Assembly: GCA_944393375.1 (NCBI GenBank)
Contig: CALXZX010000004.1
Span: 6,163 to 70,162, forward strand
Direction: 5' to 3'
DNA from: an uncultured Clostridia bacterium
Lineage (GTDB): Bacteria > Bacillota > Clostridia > TANB77 > CAG-508
Length of the DNA stretch: 64,000 nt
Shown here one piece after another: positions 1 through 11,596 of the stretch (position 1 is the first letter of the stretch; each line of letters opens with the position of its first letter). The translations under genes and the position numbers were made by a program. The notes beneath the pieces are model-generated. The model did not search any database and was not told where the DNA came from. It saw nothing but the letters and a program-made list of their open reading frames with translations.

Positions 1-2997
1 ACTATCTTCTATTATTACAGAACTTTGAATCATATTCTCACTTGTAACAGTTGCTGTATAATTGATTTCGTCTCCCGCTTTTAGATAGTCTCCTTCATCA
101 TTTGCACTAAATTCTAGTGTATAAAATTTACTCGTATTATATACTTCTCTCTCTGTGGTTTTTCCTATTCTATAGATTTCCTCTCCCTGTGTTACCGTTG
201 CTGAAGCATAAGTTGTTTTCGTTTTTTCACTAAATTCACCTATACGCACAACTAATTCTATTTCAATAGTTTCTCTAGGTTCTAAATTTCTTAATGTTAA
301 AGGATTATTCGTTCCTAAATCTTCATATTCTTTACTTGCATCTTCACTTTCTACATCATGTACCATTTTTTGTGCTACAATTTCACAATTTTCTGGTAAT
401 TCCCATTGTAAAACTAAATCAGATTGTTTTTCATCTGTATTATTGGTTATTGTTGTAGAATATGCAACTTTATCTCCTTGCATTAATTGTGTGGTTTCAT
501 TTGTATTCCACCATACTTCACCAACAATTGCAGATGGTTTTGCATTTACTGTGATTTCATTTGTATCTTTTTGTTCTTCATTATAAGTGATTTTTGCATT
601 TGCTGTGATAGAAATATCACTACTTAAGTCTGTTGCAACTTCTTTCTCATAACTTACTGTTTTTGTTTCATCTGGTTGAATATTTTCTACATTTAAATTA
701 ATAACTTCATCATTTCCTGTATTATTTGATTGTGCTATTGTTAAATCAACAGCTATATTGTTCGCTTCTTCTGTTCCTGTATTTGTCAAATCAATCTCAT
801 AGCTTATTTTTTCTCCTGCTTTTACAGTATCTCCTGTGTTAACGGCTTCTCCATTAACTTTAGCTACTAATGTTGCTTCAACGATTGGTCCATCTCCTGT
901 TGTCATAACAACATCAGTTGCTTCTGCTTTATTACTAATATTTGATTGTTCATCTGTATAATATACTGTATATCCTTCAGTTGCTTTTTGGTTGTATTCT
1001 AGATTTGCAGGAATAGATGCAGAATATGTAAATCTTGCACTGTTGTCTGGACTCATTTCATCAATGGCAATTAAATATTTTTTAGCATCATTTACTGCAT
1101 TACTATCATTAACCCATCCATTTTCACTATTGTCAATGTCTTCTGTAGCATTTTCATTTGCAGTATAATAAACTGTAGCGTTAACACCTTCCACTTGGAC
1201 AGGGGTATTTACAGTAGAACCTAGATTATTCTTATCTCCATCTGTTGGAAATTCTCCTAATACTTTTACAGATGTTGTATTATCTGTATTATTAATAATT
1301 TCTGATTCTACTTGCATTGTTTTTGCATCAGAATTTTTCTCTATTTCAGCTGTTAATTGTTTTTCTTCTCCATAACTTTCTACTCCAAATTCTTGGATAT
1401 TATTAACTGTAATCATTTCTCTTGGAGATACAATGCTAACTTCTTTTTTGTCTTCAACAATTTCTTCTTTATTGTTTATTCTTGTTATTATTTCTGAGGC
1501 TCTATTTGTCAATTTTTTATCAAATGACATACTTACTTTTAAGTTAATCTGTGTTCCTACTTCTTTATAATTTGTTTGAATTCCATTTAATACTATATGA
1601 ATAACATTGCCTTCAACATATGCATCTTTAATGCTTAATTCTGAATCATATAATATATTTACTTGATCTTGTATTTCTAAATTTTGTACTTCTTGTGGAA
1701 ATACAATCTCTATTTCTGGGTTTTCATATAAGCACATATCATTTTGATTGTTTTTTAATATGATACTAATATCAATATCTTTATTTGTATTCATCGTAGA
1801 ATATTCTGTTTTACTTAAAGTTACATCAAATTGTGTTGAAGGTTCTATTAAATGTAGATTCATCACAGCTGTTTCATTGTTTGCTTGAATTGTTTCTCTT
1901 ACATAGTCAAATCTTTGGATATCTTCTCTTGCATATCCAGTATTTGCTTTTATTGCTTTTTCATGATAGAAATCAATTCTTCCTTCTTGTATTGGTTTTG
2001 TTGTTACAATTTTGATCGCTGTTGTGTCTTCTCCATTATATCTAAATATGATATTTCCTGCTTCATCTGTTTCTGTATCTTTATTAAATTCTGTTAAGAT
2101 TTCATCATTTAAATTATAAATTGTAATCTTTCCATCATTTCCTAATATATTAAGCATTTCGTCTTTATTTACTCTTGTTAATGTATAATATATTGATTGA
2201 TTTACATCATTTTCTTTTTCGATAGTTTCTTCTTGATTTGTTTCAGGATTTATCGCTTTATCTTCTTCTATAAATTTTTCAGAAACATTACTAATTGTAA
2301 TACCTTCTAAATTGCTGATACTAGATATATCTATTCTATTGGCTTCTGCATATGTTGTAGAAAATTGTGCACCTTGATATAAGTATCCTTTAGATACTTC
2401 TTTTGCCATAGCACCTGATACTGAGATATTTGAACCTTTTATTTCTGTTTCAACCTCTTGCTCATTTGTGGCAGATATTTCTCCCTCAGCATCTATATTT
2501 GCTCTTACTGATGTATTCAATTTTGTAGTTATTTTCTCTTGAATTGGCATATCTAGATATGTATAAATGATTTTGTAAGTATTTTGGTCATTATTAAATT
2601 CCTTTAATTGAGATTCTGCATTTATATTGATATCTAGTTTTTTATTTTGAGCATCATAAAAATATGTATTATCTGGAAGCTTTGTTCCATTTAATAATAC
2701 AATTGCAGAATTTGGTGCATATTCATTTATCATCGGAATATCCACTGTTAAGCTCTCTGAAGTTTTTACCTTATCCTCCTTGCTTAATTTGACACTGATT
2801 GCTTGCTGTAATAATACTTGGTTTTCTTCAACTTCAAAGTATTTTTCTATTTCTTGCGCAATCGTTATCTCTGTTTTTTCTTGTTCAGCTAATTCTTCCG
2901 CTTGAACAATTTGCTTGCTAATGATAAACACGTCTAATAACATTAACATGCAAACTAAAGTTATCATGATAATTTTTTTCACAATTTTCCCCTTCAT
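1..2997 (-). CDS. Large secreted/surface protein with repeated Ig-like (DUF11-like) beta domains, partial (runs off window start, >=999 aa)
   Basis: Not in the ORF track because it is open at the edge. ATG at 2997 follows GGAGG. N-terminus MKGKIVKKIIMITLVCMLMLLDVFIISKQIVQAEE is signal-peptide-like. The frame is consistent down to position 1, with repeated 'GD/EKI.Y.I..TN' type segments (e.g. AGDEINYTATVTS). Confidence 0.75.
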   Translation of the reverse strand, partial: MKGKIVKKIIMITLVCMLMLLDVFIISKQIVQAEELAEQEKTEITIAQEIEKYFEVEENQVLLQQAISVKLSKEDKVKTSESLTVDIPMINEYAPNSAIVLLNGTKLPDNTYFYDAQNKKLDININAESQLKEFNNDQNTYKIIYTYLDMPIQEKITTKLNTSVRANIDAEGEISATNEQEVETEIKGSNISVSGAMAKEVSKGYLYQGAQFSTTYAEANRIDISSISNLEGITISNVSEKFIEEDKAINPETNQEETIEKENDVNQSIYYTLTRVNKDEMLNILGNDGKITIYNLNDEILTEFNKDTETDEAGNIIFRYNGEDTTAIKIVTTKPIQEGRIDFYHEKAIKANTGYAREDIQRFDYVRETIQANNETAVMNLHLIEPSTQFDVTLSKTEYSTMNTNKDIDISIILKNNQNDMCLYENPEIEIVFPQEVQNLEIQDQVNILYDSELSIKDAYVEGNVIHIVLNGIQTNYKEVGTQINLKVSMSFDKKLTNRASEIITRINNKEEIVEDKKEVSIVSPREMITVNNIQEFGVESYGEEKQLTAEIEKNSDAKTMQVESEIINNTDNTTSVKVLGEFPTDGDKNNLGSTVNTPVQVEGVNATVYYTANENATEDIDNSENGWVNDSNAVNDAKKYLIAIDEMSPDNSARFTYSASIPANLEYNQKATEGYTVYYTDEQSNISNKAEATDVVMTTGDGPIVEATLVAKVNGEAVNTGDTVKAGEKISYEIDLTNTGTEEANNIAVDLTIAQSNNTGNDEVINLNVENIQPDETKTVSYEKEVATDLSSDISITANAKITYNEEQKDTNEITVNAKPSAIVGEVWWNTNETTQLMQGDKVAYSTTITNNTDEKQSDLVLQWELPENCEIVAQKMVHDVESEDASKEYEDLGTNNPLTLRNLEPRETIEIELVVRIGEFSEKTKTTYASATVTQGEEIYRIGKTTEREVYNTSKFYTLEFSANDEGDYLKAGDEINYTATVTSENMIQSSVIIEDS

Positions 2998-3150
2998 AGC
3001 AACCTCCATTTATATTAATTTTATTCTTTCATATGATACAATCTCTCTTTTGTAATTTCAAGTGAAGTTTTTTCCAATTTAGCAGTTTAGTTTTGTAAGT
3101 ATTTAGGGAAGGTATTTTTACGTTAAATTTAGTCTTTTTATGATATTTTC

Positions 3151-3167
3151 ATTACATTTTGATTACA
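3151..3167 (-). promoter_or_regulatory. WalR-like direct repeat TGTAAT-N5-TGTAAT
   Basis: Minus strand reads TGTAATCAAAATGTAAT, matching the WalR consensus TGTWAH-N5-TGTWAH, upstream of the surface protein gene. Confidence 0.45.
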
Positions 3168-3569
3168 TTTTGTAATTTTTTGTCTAAAATTTCCCATTTT
3201 TGTTTATTTACGTAAGCTTTGACTTGTTTTAAAAACGTAAATATACGACTCCTCTCATATATGCTTTCAATGTAAACATACTTATAGCATTATAATTGAT
3301 CATACCTATTATTTATTATACCCTTTTTCCCTTGATTTTTCAACTTTTTTTGCATATTTTTTTGTTTTTTTAAACTTTTTATGTAATTTTATGATTTTTT
3401 TATTGTATGGGAAACTCTATGAAACTTTTTTGTCTCGCAACGCAAAGTGAAAAACCATTTTTCCAATTCAATAAAAAAATATCTATATGACATCACATTT
3501 TCTTTACTTTCACATATTATATTACATAGAAATTTATATCTTGAATATATATTTTATGAGGTGGTCAAT

Positions 3570-4031
3570 TTGAATAATTTTAATATTGATAAACAAACAA
3601 TGGATAAATTAAATTCCATGCTAAATAATGGGAATTTAAATGATATGCTTTCCCAAATTCCTCCTGATACTTTAAAAAACTTATCTAATATAATGAATAC
3701 AAATAATCATTCTGCAAGTGATAAAAAAACAAATTCTGACAATACTAATCCTTTGGATACAGAAAATACACATTCTTCCAATAATTCTAGTACAAATACG
3801 AATCATTTTGATTTTAGCAATATTGATATAAACACAATGATGAAAATAAAGTCTGTAATGGAAAAAATGAATGATTCCTCTAGTCCTAGGGCAAATTTAT
3901 TACAATCCTTAAAACCTTATTTAAGAGATGAAAAAAAAAGTAAATTAGATCAATATGCTAATTTACTAAATATGGCAAATTTAATTGAATTATTTAATCA
4001 AAATAATGATAAGGAGAATTCTAGTGATTAA
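3570..4031 (+). CDS. Hypothetical protein (Asn-rich; clostridial, possibly sporulation-associated)
   Basis: ORF 3447..4031. Likely start is TTG at 3570 after GAGGTG. C-terminal PRANLLQSLKPYL..EK motif. Confidence 0.6.
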   Translation: MNNFNIDKQTMDKLNSMLNNGNLNDMLSQIPPDTLKNLSNIMNTNNHSASDKKTNSDNTNPLDTENTHSSNNSSTNTNHFDFSNIDINTMMKIKSVMEKMNDSSSPRANLLQSLKPYLRDEKKSKLDQYANLLNMANLIELFNQNNDKENSSD

Positions 4032-4422
4032 TCATATGCCTTTTTTTAGATTTCCTTTTTCCCCTTATTCTCGTACTTATCCAAGAAATATTTATCATAC
4101 TTCTACTCCTGTACCAATAGATAATCATAAAACATTTAATGATAATTCATCTACACATGCGGAAATAAGAAAAACTGGAAATACAACCTATCAAGATAAA
4201 GAAACAATTCATGAAAAAAAATCATCTAAGTATTTGGGAATTGGTCCTATTTTTATTAATACAAATGGTTTTTCTAATAAAGAAGAACCTTTGTTAGAAA
4301 TATCTGGACGAAAACTATACTTAGACGATTTCATTATCTTGTCTTTATTATATTTCCTTTATAAAGAAGATGTAAAAGATGATATGTTATTTATATTGCT
4401 CATTTTACTACTAGTAGGATAA
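4024..4422 (+). CDS. Hypothetical protein with C-terminal hydrophobic helices
   Basis: GTG at 4024 follows AAGGAG and overlaps the upstream stop. C-terminus LYLDDFIILSLLYFLYKE..DDMLFILLILLL. Confidence 0.6.
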   Translation: MINHMPFFRFPFSPYSRTYPRNIYHTSTPVPIDNHKTFNDNSSTHAEIRKTGNTTYQDKETIHEKKSSKYLGIGPIFINTNGFSNKEEPLLEISGRKLYLDDFIILSLLYFLYKEDVKDDMLFILLILLLVG

Positions 4423-4433
4423 ATTAATTTTGC

Positions 4434-5045
4434 TTACTCTATTATTATCTCATTATTTACAATACTGACATATGCCTGTTTATGTAATGGTTCCTCATCT
4501 CTGTCAATTTCTTTTATCACATTGGCAATTCGAATTTGTACTGTATCTAAAATACCAGCAGAAATAATGGATTGCTTATTTCCTTTTGCTCCAGCATGTG
4601 CCAAACCTCTTAATGCTCCTAACACAACAATGTTATCAGAAGCCATCACTTCTGCGCCAGAATTAACATCTCCTAATATGACAAGGCTTCCTTCTGATTC
4701 CATTTTTTGTCCTGAACGTAAAGAACCTCTATGAAATTTAGTTTCAGAAACTGCAATTTCTTTATTAAAAGTTCTAGTAATACTTGAAAGTCCTAAAGAT
4801 TTTGGCATATCAAAATCAATTTCTACATCAATGTTACGTTTTATTAACTCCTGTATTTCATCTATTTCTTTATTCTTTAAAATCTTTCCTGTAACTGTAA
4901 TCGGTGTTTTTTCATTTTTATACATTTTTTTTAATTCAGGAAGTTTTCTCTTTAAATTATCTATAATTTCTTTTTGTTCTGCATTATCACTAATTTTTAT
5001 TAAGATTTCATTTTTTCTTAAATTAATACTCACACAATTTTTCAT
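4434..5045 (-). CDS. minC: Septum site-determining protein MinC
   Basis: GSLRSGQ..LVILGDVNSGAEV.A...IVVLGALRGLAHAG motif. Confidence 0.9.
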   Translation of the reverse strand: MKNCVSINLRKNEILIKISDNAEQKEIIDNLKRKLPELKKMYKNEKTPITVTGKILKNKEIDEIQELIKRNIDVEIDFDMPKSLGLSSITRTFNKEIAVSETKFHRGSLRSGQKMESEGSLVILGDVNSGAEVMASDNIVVLGALRGLAHAGAKGNKQSIISAGILDTVQIRIANVIKEIDRDEEPLHKQAYVSIVNNEIIIE

Positions 5046-5059
5046 TTTTACATCCTTCC

Positions 5060-7201
5060 TTATCTTAAAGATTGATTATAATTTACAGCACTCATATCTT
5101 CTTGGACCTCTTGTGTATTCATTCCGAAATATTCTTCCATAATATCTCTTACTACTTCTGCCGTATAATTTCCGTGTCCACCATTTTCTACCATAACGAC
5201 TACTGCAATTTCTGGATCTTCAAATGGAGCAAACCCAGCAAACCATGCATGGACAATATCATTTTGGTTTTCATCTTCTCCTGCTTCTGCTGAACCTGTT
5301 TTTCCACCAACAGAGATTCCGAAATCTTGGAATCTGACATAAGCAGTTCCTGTTGTATCACTTGTAACAGAACGCATTCCTGATAAAATAGCATCTAAAT
5401 TTTCTTGGTGAATTGTTAAATCTTCACTTGTATCTTCTTCTAATCCTAGTTTTTGATTTACAAAGTTATTAATTTCTTCTGTTGAAGCTTCTGTCCCATC
5501 TGCCTTAATAATACTTTTTACAATTGAGACATCAATATTATGTCCTCCATTTGCTAACATGCTAATATATTTTGCCATTTGTAAAGGACTAAAATTGTCT
5601 AAACCTTGTCCAATAGAAGCATTAATCGTATCTCCACTATACCAACTTTCATCTGGTCTTACTTGTTTCTTATACTCTGGTGTTGCCATTGCGCCTGACG
5701 TTTCACTTGGTAACTCTACTCCTGTTTTGACACCTAAACCAAAATATTTTGCATATTTTGCAAGTGTTTCAATTCCCATTCTATCTCCTGTTTCATAAAA
5801 GAAATAGTTACAAGACCTTTCAATTGCTTGCGAAACATTTAAACGCCCATGTCCTACATGATAATCTGTATAATACCAACATGGCCATGTTCTGCCATAT
5901 TTAGAATATATTCCTGTATCATTAATTTGCTCTGTTCTCGTAATAACTCCTGACTCCAATCCTGCAATCGCTGTTACCATTTTAAAGATAGAACCTGGTG
6001 CATACGAATTTTGGACTGCTTTATTCATTAACGGTTTCGCCTCATCTGTATTATATTGGTTCCATTTTTCTGTACTAATACCTCCAACAAAATCTGCTGG
6101 ATTATAATTTGGATAACTTGCCATTGCTAATATTTCACCTGTTTTTACATTCATAACAACACAACTACCAGCTTTAGCATCATATCTTTGTCCAAATCCT
6201 CCAGAAGCAATTTTTTGAATATTGGCTTCTAATGCCTGCTCTGTCACCTGTTGTAAATTAGAATCTATTGTTAATACAACATCACTTCCAGCAATTGCTT
6301 CTTCAGATGTATATTCAGCAGTTATCGTTCCATCAACAGCCATATCAATTTGTTTTATCCCATCTTGCCCTTTTAAATATTCCTCAAAGACATATTCAAT
6401 TCCTGTTTTTCCTATAATATCATTTTGGTCATAAGTATCTTTCCTTGTTGCATATTCTTCTGCACTAATAGTTGATGCATATCCTAAAATATGAGATGCA
6501 AGCATTCCTGAAGTATATTCTCTTACAGGTTCTGTTACAATATTAATTCCAGGAAATTTATCACTACTTTCTGAAAATTCTGCCACTGCTTCTCTTGGAA
6601 TATCTTCTGCAATTGTTAAGGCTCTTGTACTACTATATCCTGTTGTGGTTATTTCATATCGAATAGACATAATTTTTCTAATTTCTGTTATATCTGTATT
6701 TTCTATTTCATATCTCTCTTTAAAATCATAAAAAGCTTCTTCAGCAGATGTATTTTCATCTAACTCATATGTTTTTTTCCAATTTGCTAATGTCTCATCA
6801 CTAATTGTAAATTGAAAAGGATTTATTGATATTGGAAAAGAGTCTACATATTCTACTTGATATTTTTCTAATAAATTCACAATATTTAAAATAGAATTAT
6901 TTAATTCATTATCATCAATTTTTGTTTTATATAGTTCTACACTAAATTTTGTAGAATTCGTAACTAATGCTGTTCCTGTTCTATCTAAAATCTCTCCTCT
7001 TGCAGCTTCTAATGTGGTTTCTCTGGTAAGTCTTGTATTAGATTCTTCTCTATATTCTGCTCCATGTACAATCTGCAAATTAAATAATTGAATAATTAAA
7101 ACAATTCCTATAATATATGTAAGTACTGTTAAAACATTAAATCGCAAATTTAAATTGCTTCTTGCTTTTTTCTTTGTTTTCTTAAAATTCAATCCCTTCA
7201 A
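5060..7201 (-). CDS. mrdA: Class B penicillin-binding protein 2 (elongasome)
   Basis: N-terminal TM, RGEILDR, SxxK (PGSIFK), SCN and KTG motifs; lies after mreBCD. Confidence 0.9.
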   Translation of the reverse strand: MKGLNFKKTKKKARSNLNLRFNVLTVLTYIIGIVLIIQLFNLQIVHGAEYREESNTRLTRETTLEAARGEILDRTGTALVTNSTKFSVELYKTKIDDNELNNSILNIVNLLEKYQVEYVDSFPISINPFQFTISDETLANWKKTYELDENTSAEEAFYDFKERYEIENTDITEIRKIMSIRYEITTTGYSSTRALTIAEDIPREAVAEFSESSDKFPGINIVTEPVREYTSGMLASHILGYASTISAEEYATRKDTYDQNDIIGKTGIEYVFEEYLKGQDGIKQIDMAVDGTITAEYTSEEAIAGSDVVLTIDSNLQQVTEQALEANIQKIASGGFGQRYDAKAGSCVVMNVKTGEILAMASYPNYNPADFVGGISTEKWNQYNTDEAKPLMNKAVQNSYAPGSIFKMVTAIAGLESGVITRTEQINDTGIYSKYGRTWPCWYYTDYHVGHGRLNVSQAIERSCNYFFYETGDRMGIETLAKYAKYFGLGVKTGVELPSETSGAMATPEYKKQVRPDESWYSGDTINASIGQGLDNFSPLQMAKYISMLANGGHNIDVSIVKSIIKADGTEASTEEINNFVNQKLGLEEDTSEDLTIHQENLDAILSGMRSVTSDTTGTAYVRFQDFGISVGGKTGSAEAGEDENQNDIVHAWFAGFAPFEDPEIAVVVMVENGGHGNYTAEVVRDIMEEYFGMNTQEVQEDMSAVNYNQSLR

Positions 7202-7219
7202 GGCGTCACCTTCCTTACC

Positions 7220-7762
7220 TTAAAAATATCTAGTTAAAATTTTATTCCCCTTATATTCATTTTCAATTGCATATCCAAATTTTTGAATTAATGGATATAA
7301 AATAATGACAAGGATTAAATTATATATAATTTCAATAGCTAAAATTCTAATAAAGTTTATAATTTCTATATTAGTAGAGAATACCATATAATTTAATATA
7401 TAAACAATTATTTCATATATTAGGGTAGCACCTAATACCATAAACATAATTGTTGCCCTACTATCTTTTGAAAAGTTCTTATCAAAAGTTGCAGCTAAAA
7501 ATCCAATAATTCCTAATCCTACTGCATAAATTCCAATTTGTGTCCCTATTACTAAATCTAAAATGCCACCAATTGCTACTCCATATACAACACCAGTTAT
7601 TCGATTAGAAAACAATCCTATAAATAAAACAAAAATAACAAATAAGCTGGGCATAACACCAGAGATAGTAAACCAATTAAAAAAATTTGCTTGTAAAAAA
7701 TATATAATAAATCCTGCCAATATAATCAATATATTCATTATAAATTTTTTCAAAGATTTCAC
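7220..7762 (-). CDS. mreD: Rod shape-determining protein MreD
   Basis: Polytopic membrane protein between mreC and pbp2. Confidence 0.85.
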   Translation of the reverse strand: MKSLKKFIMNILIILAGFIIYFLQANFFNWFTISGVMPSLFVIFVLFIGLFSNRITGVVYGVAIGGILDLVIGTQIGIYAVGLGIIGFLAATFDKNFSKDSRATIMFMVLGATLIYEIIVYILNYMVFSTNIEIINFIRILAIEIIYNLILVIILYPLIQKFGYAIENEYKGNKILTRYF

Positions 7763-7766
7763 CTCT

Positions 7767-8582
7767 CTATTGATTTGTTATGACTAATACTGTATCTAGC
7801 TTATCAAAATCCACGGCTGTTTGTACAATTGCATATCTATCTGTTGCATTTTGTGTGTTGACAACTCTTTTTATACTTCCTACATGAATTCCTTTTGGAT
7901 AGATTCCACCCAATCCAGAAGTCTCTACACTATCTCCTTGTATAATACCATCATCATCTGGTATATACATAGCTCTTAATGCTGATTCTTCTTCCAAGGT
8001 TCCTTTACATACAATACTCTCATCTGTTGTACTTAGTAGACAACTAACAGAACTTGAAGTGTCAACAATAGTTCTTACTTTTGCTGTATCATTTGTTACA
8101 GAAATGACATGTCCAACCAATCCTTGGTCAGCAATTACTGTCATATTTTCTTTTACTCCATCATCACTTCCCACATTAATCACAATTGTTTTGGAATAAT
8201 TACTGATATCTTTATTAATGATATATGCTGGTATTGTACTATATTCACCATATTTTTCTGTTAATCCTAAATACTCTTTTAAAGTTTCATTTTCAGATCT
8301 TATACTTTCTAATTCTCTTAATGATTGCTCTAATTCACTATTTCTTTGACTTAGTTGTTCATTTTCTTCTTTTAAATTGTTGATATCTGTAAAAAATGTA
8401 CTATTACCACTAATCCCATTTTTTAGATAGGTTAATCCATTTTGTATTGGCATAACCAATTTACTTGCTACATTTTCAAGAAATGAGGTTTCACTATCCG
8501 CATTTGAAAATATCACTATCAATATTAAAATAACAATGGTTATAACAATTCCTGCTATTTCCGCTTTTTTATTTTTATACAT
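7767..8582 (-). CDS. mreC: Rod shape-determining protein MreC
   Basis: TM, coiled coil, INVGSDDGV...GLVG and TSGLGGIYPKGI motifs. Confidence 0.92.
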   Translation of the reverse strand: MYKNKKAEIAGIVITIVILILIVIFSNADSETSFLENVASKLVMPIQNGLTYLKNGISGNSTFFTDINNLKEENEQLSQRNSELEQSLRELESIRSENETLKEYLGLTEKYGEYSTIPAYIINKDISNYSKTIVINVGSDDGVKENMTVIADQGLVGHVISVTNDTAKVRTIVDTSSSVSCLLSTTDESIVCKGTLEEESALRAMYIPDDDGIIQGDSVETSGLGGIYPKGIHVGSIKRVVNTQNATDRYAIVQTAVDFDKLDTVLVITNQ

Positions 8583-8599
8583 TTTCTACTCCCATCATT

Positions 8600-9656
<1,057 letters not shown>

Positions 9657-10364
9657 TCATATTTCTCCATCTTTGGTTAATATCTGTGAAATAATACTTG
9701 TAAAATTTCGATTACCTATCACAATATGGTCTAACAATTCTATATCAAATAATTGTGCTACTCTAAATAATCTTTGTGTTATTTGAATATCTGTTTTACT
9801 AGGTGTGGAATCACCACTAGGGTGATTATGGATTAAAATCATTTTAGGTGCTTGCATTTTTATTGGTTCTACTAAAATTTCTCTCATTGACATATTGACT
9901 GAATTAATTCCACCTTGTGCAATCTTTTTTATCTTTATAATTTCATTTTTATTATTTAAAATAATTAGTTTTACATGTTCTTGTTTCTCCAGTCTCATTT
10001 CTTCCATCAGTAATTTTGCAATATCTTCTGGCTTTTTAATTTTTATTTTTTGATAATTTGATGGTGTGGACATTCTTTTAGCCAATTCTCCTACTGCTTT
10101 TAATTGAATGGCTTTTACTTTTCCAATTCCTTTTATATGCATAAATTCTTCTATTGTCATTTCTTTTAAAAAATCCAAATTATTTTTTGTATTTGGATTT
10201 ATACTTAATAATTTTTGGGCAATTGTTACTGAAGATTCCTCTTTTGTTCCTGTTTTTATAATAATTGCTAATAACTCTGCATTTGATAATGCTGTTTCTC
10301 CATAGAGTTCCATCTTTTCATAAGGTCGTTCTGTTTCTGGTAATTGTTTTATTTTGATAGACAA
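9657..10364 (-). CDS. radC: RadC/JAB-domain protein
   Basis: ERPYEK..LSNAELLAII, HhH motif GIGKVKA, HNHPSGD..PS..D and LLDHIVIG. Confidence 0.92.
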   Translation of the reverse strand: MSIKIKQLPETERPYEKMELYGETALSNAELLAIIIKTGTKEESSVTIAQKLLSINPNTKNNLDFLKEMTIEEFMHIKGIGKVKAIQLKAVGELAKRMSTPSNYQKIKIKKPEDIAKLLMEEMRLEKQEHVKLIILNNKNEIIKIKKIAQGGINSVNMSMREILVEPIKMQAPKMILIHNHPSGDSTPSKTDIQITQRLFRVAQLFDIELLDHIVIGNRNFTSIISQILTKDGEI

Positions 10365-10411
10365 AATATCCTTCCTTTCTTTGATTCATATTTTGCCCCT
10401 ATATTTAAATT

Positions 10412-10669
10412 TTATATTTTTTTATAAATTAATATAGCTAATAACATTCCTATGATACTTGCTACACTGATTCTAAACATTAATGCAAATGTAATAGTAA
10501 CAACACTTAAGTCTAAAACAATTGGATCTTGTAATCCAAAAGTTTGACTATATGAAAGCCACCATAGCCAGTCCACATTAGACGCAAGTTGTCCTAATAG
10601 TCCCCCTACTACTAAACCTGATAAAATAAACACTAATAATATCCATATATTTTTTTCTTTTGTTGCCAT
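10412..10669 (-). CDS. Small membrane protein (DUF4321-like)
   Basis: 85 aa with 2-3 TM segments, upstream of radC as is typical for this family. Confidence 0.65.
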   Translation of the reverse strand: MATKEKNIWILLVFILSGLVVGGLLGQLASNVDWLWWLSYSQTFGLQDPIVLDLSVVTITFALMFRISVASIIGMLLAILIYKKI

Positions 10670-10897
10670 TTTTATACCTCCAAATTAGCCTTTACTTCTT
10701 ACGGCTATTTATTTTTTCACATATTGGTATTATATATTGATTTAACAATTTTTTCAAGTAAAAACCTTTACTTTTTTCATATTTATATGGTATATTGTTT
10801 AATATTTAAAATTTTATTACCAAAAATTATCTATTTAAATATAATAATAATAGTAGTATAATATACTTAATAGGTTTTAAGGAGGCTTTTATTATAT

Positions 10898-11530
10898 ATG
10901 AAAATTGAAAAATTGACTGAAAATAAGATTCGCGTCATTGTAAATTCAGAAGATTTAAAAAATAATAATTTGGATTATCAAACGATTATGGAAAAACCAA
11001 TAGAATCTCAGAAATTATTTTTGGAGATGCTTTTAAAAGCAGAAAAAGAGGTTGGATTTTATACAGAAGGTTACAAACTTCTTGTAGAAGCTTTTTCTTC
11101 TTCTGATGGTCTTTTTGTATTTACAATTACAAAATATGCAGAAAAAACTGCAACCCCACCTAATAAATTAAAAGTAACACCAAAAAAGAAAATTAAAAGT
11201 GTAAACCCTAAGAGCACCACTTCTATTTATAAATTTTCTAGTTTTGAGGAATTTTGTGAATTTTGTACTGCTATGCATAATATGGCAAACTTCCAATCAA
11301 AACAATTAGCCAAGACAATTGCTTTATACTTATTTAATGATACATATTATCTTATACTTTCTAATATAAATACAGAATCTGTATTTATTCATACATTTTA
11401 CTCAACCATTTCTGAATTTGCAAGTTTAGCTTCTCATTCAGAAACATTTAAAATGAAACTATTAGAACATGGTAAAGCCATTATGAAACGAAATGCGATT
11501 GAAACTGGTATTAAATATTTCTTGTCATAA
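10898..11530 (+). CDS. mecA: ClpC adaptor protein MecA
   Basis: MKIEKLTENKIRV...DL start; C-terminal LLEHGKAIMKRNAIE; AAGGAGG RBS. Confidence 0.85.
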   Translation: MKIEKLTENKIRVIVNSEDLKNNNLDYQTIMEKPIESQKLFLEMLLKAEKEVGFYTEGYKLLVEAFSSSDGLFVFTITKYAEKTATPPNKLKVTPKKKIKSVNPKSTTSIYKFSSFEEFCEFCTAMHNMANFQSKQLAKTIALYLFNDTYYLILSNINTESVFIHTFYSTISEFASLASHSETFKMKLLEHGKAIMKRNAIETGIKYFLS

Positions 11531-11557
11531 TACGAAAGTAGGGATTATCTTATCATA

Positions 11558-11589
11558 AAATCCACAGTTTAATAACAAACTGTGGATTT
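11558..11589. terminator. Bidirectional intrinsic terminator
   Basis: AAATCCACAGTTT / AAACTGTGGATTT stem between convergent genes. Confidence 0.7.
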
Positions 11590-11596
11590 CTTTATG

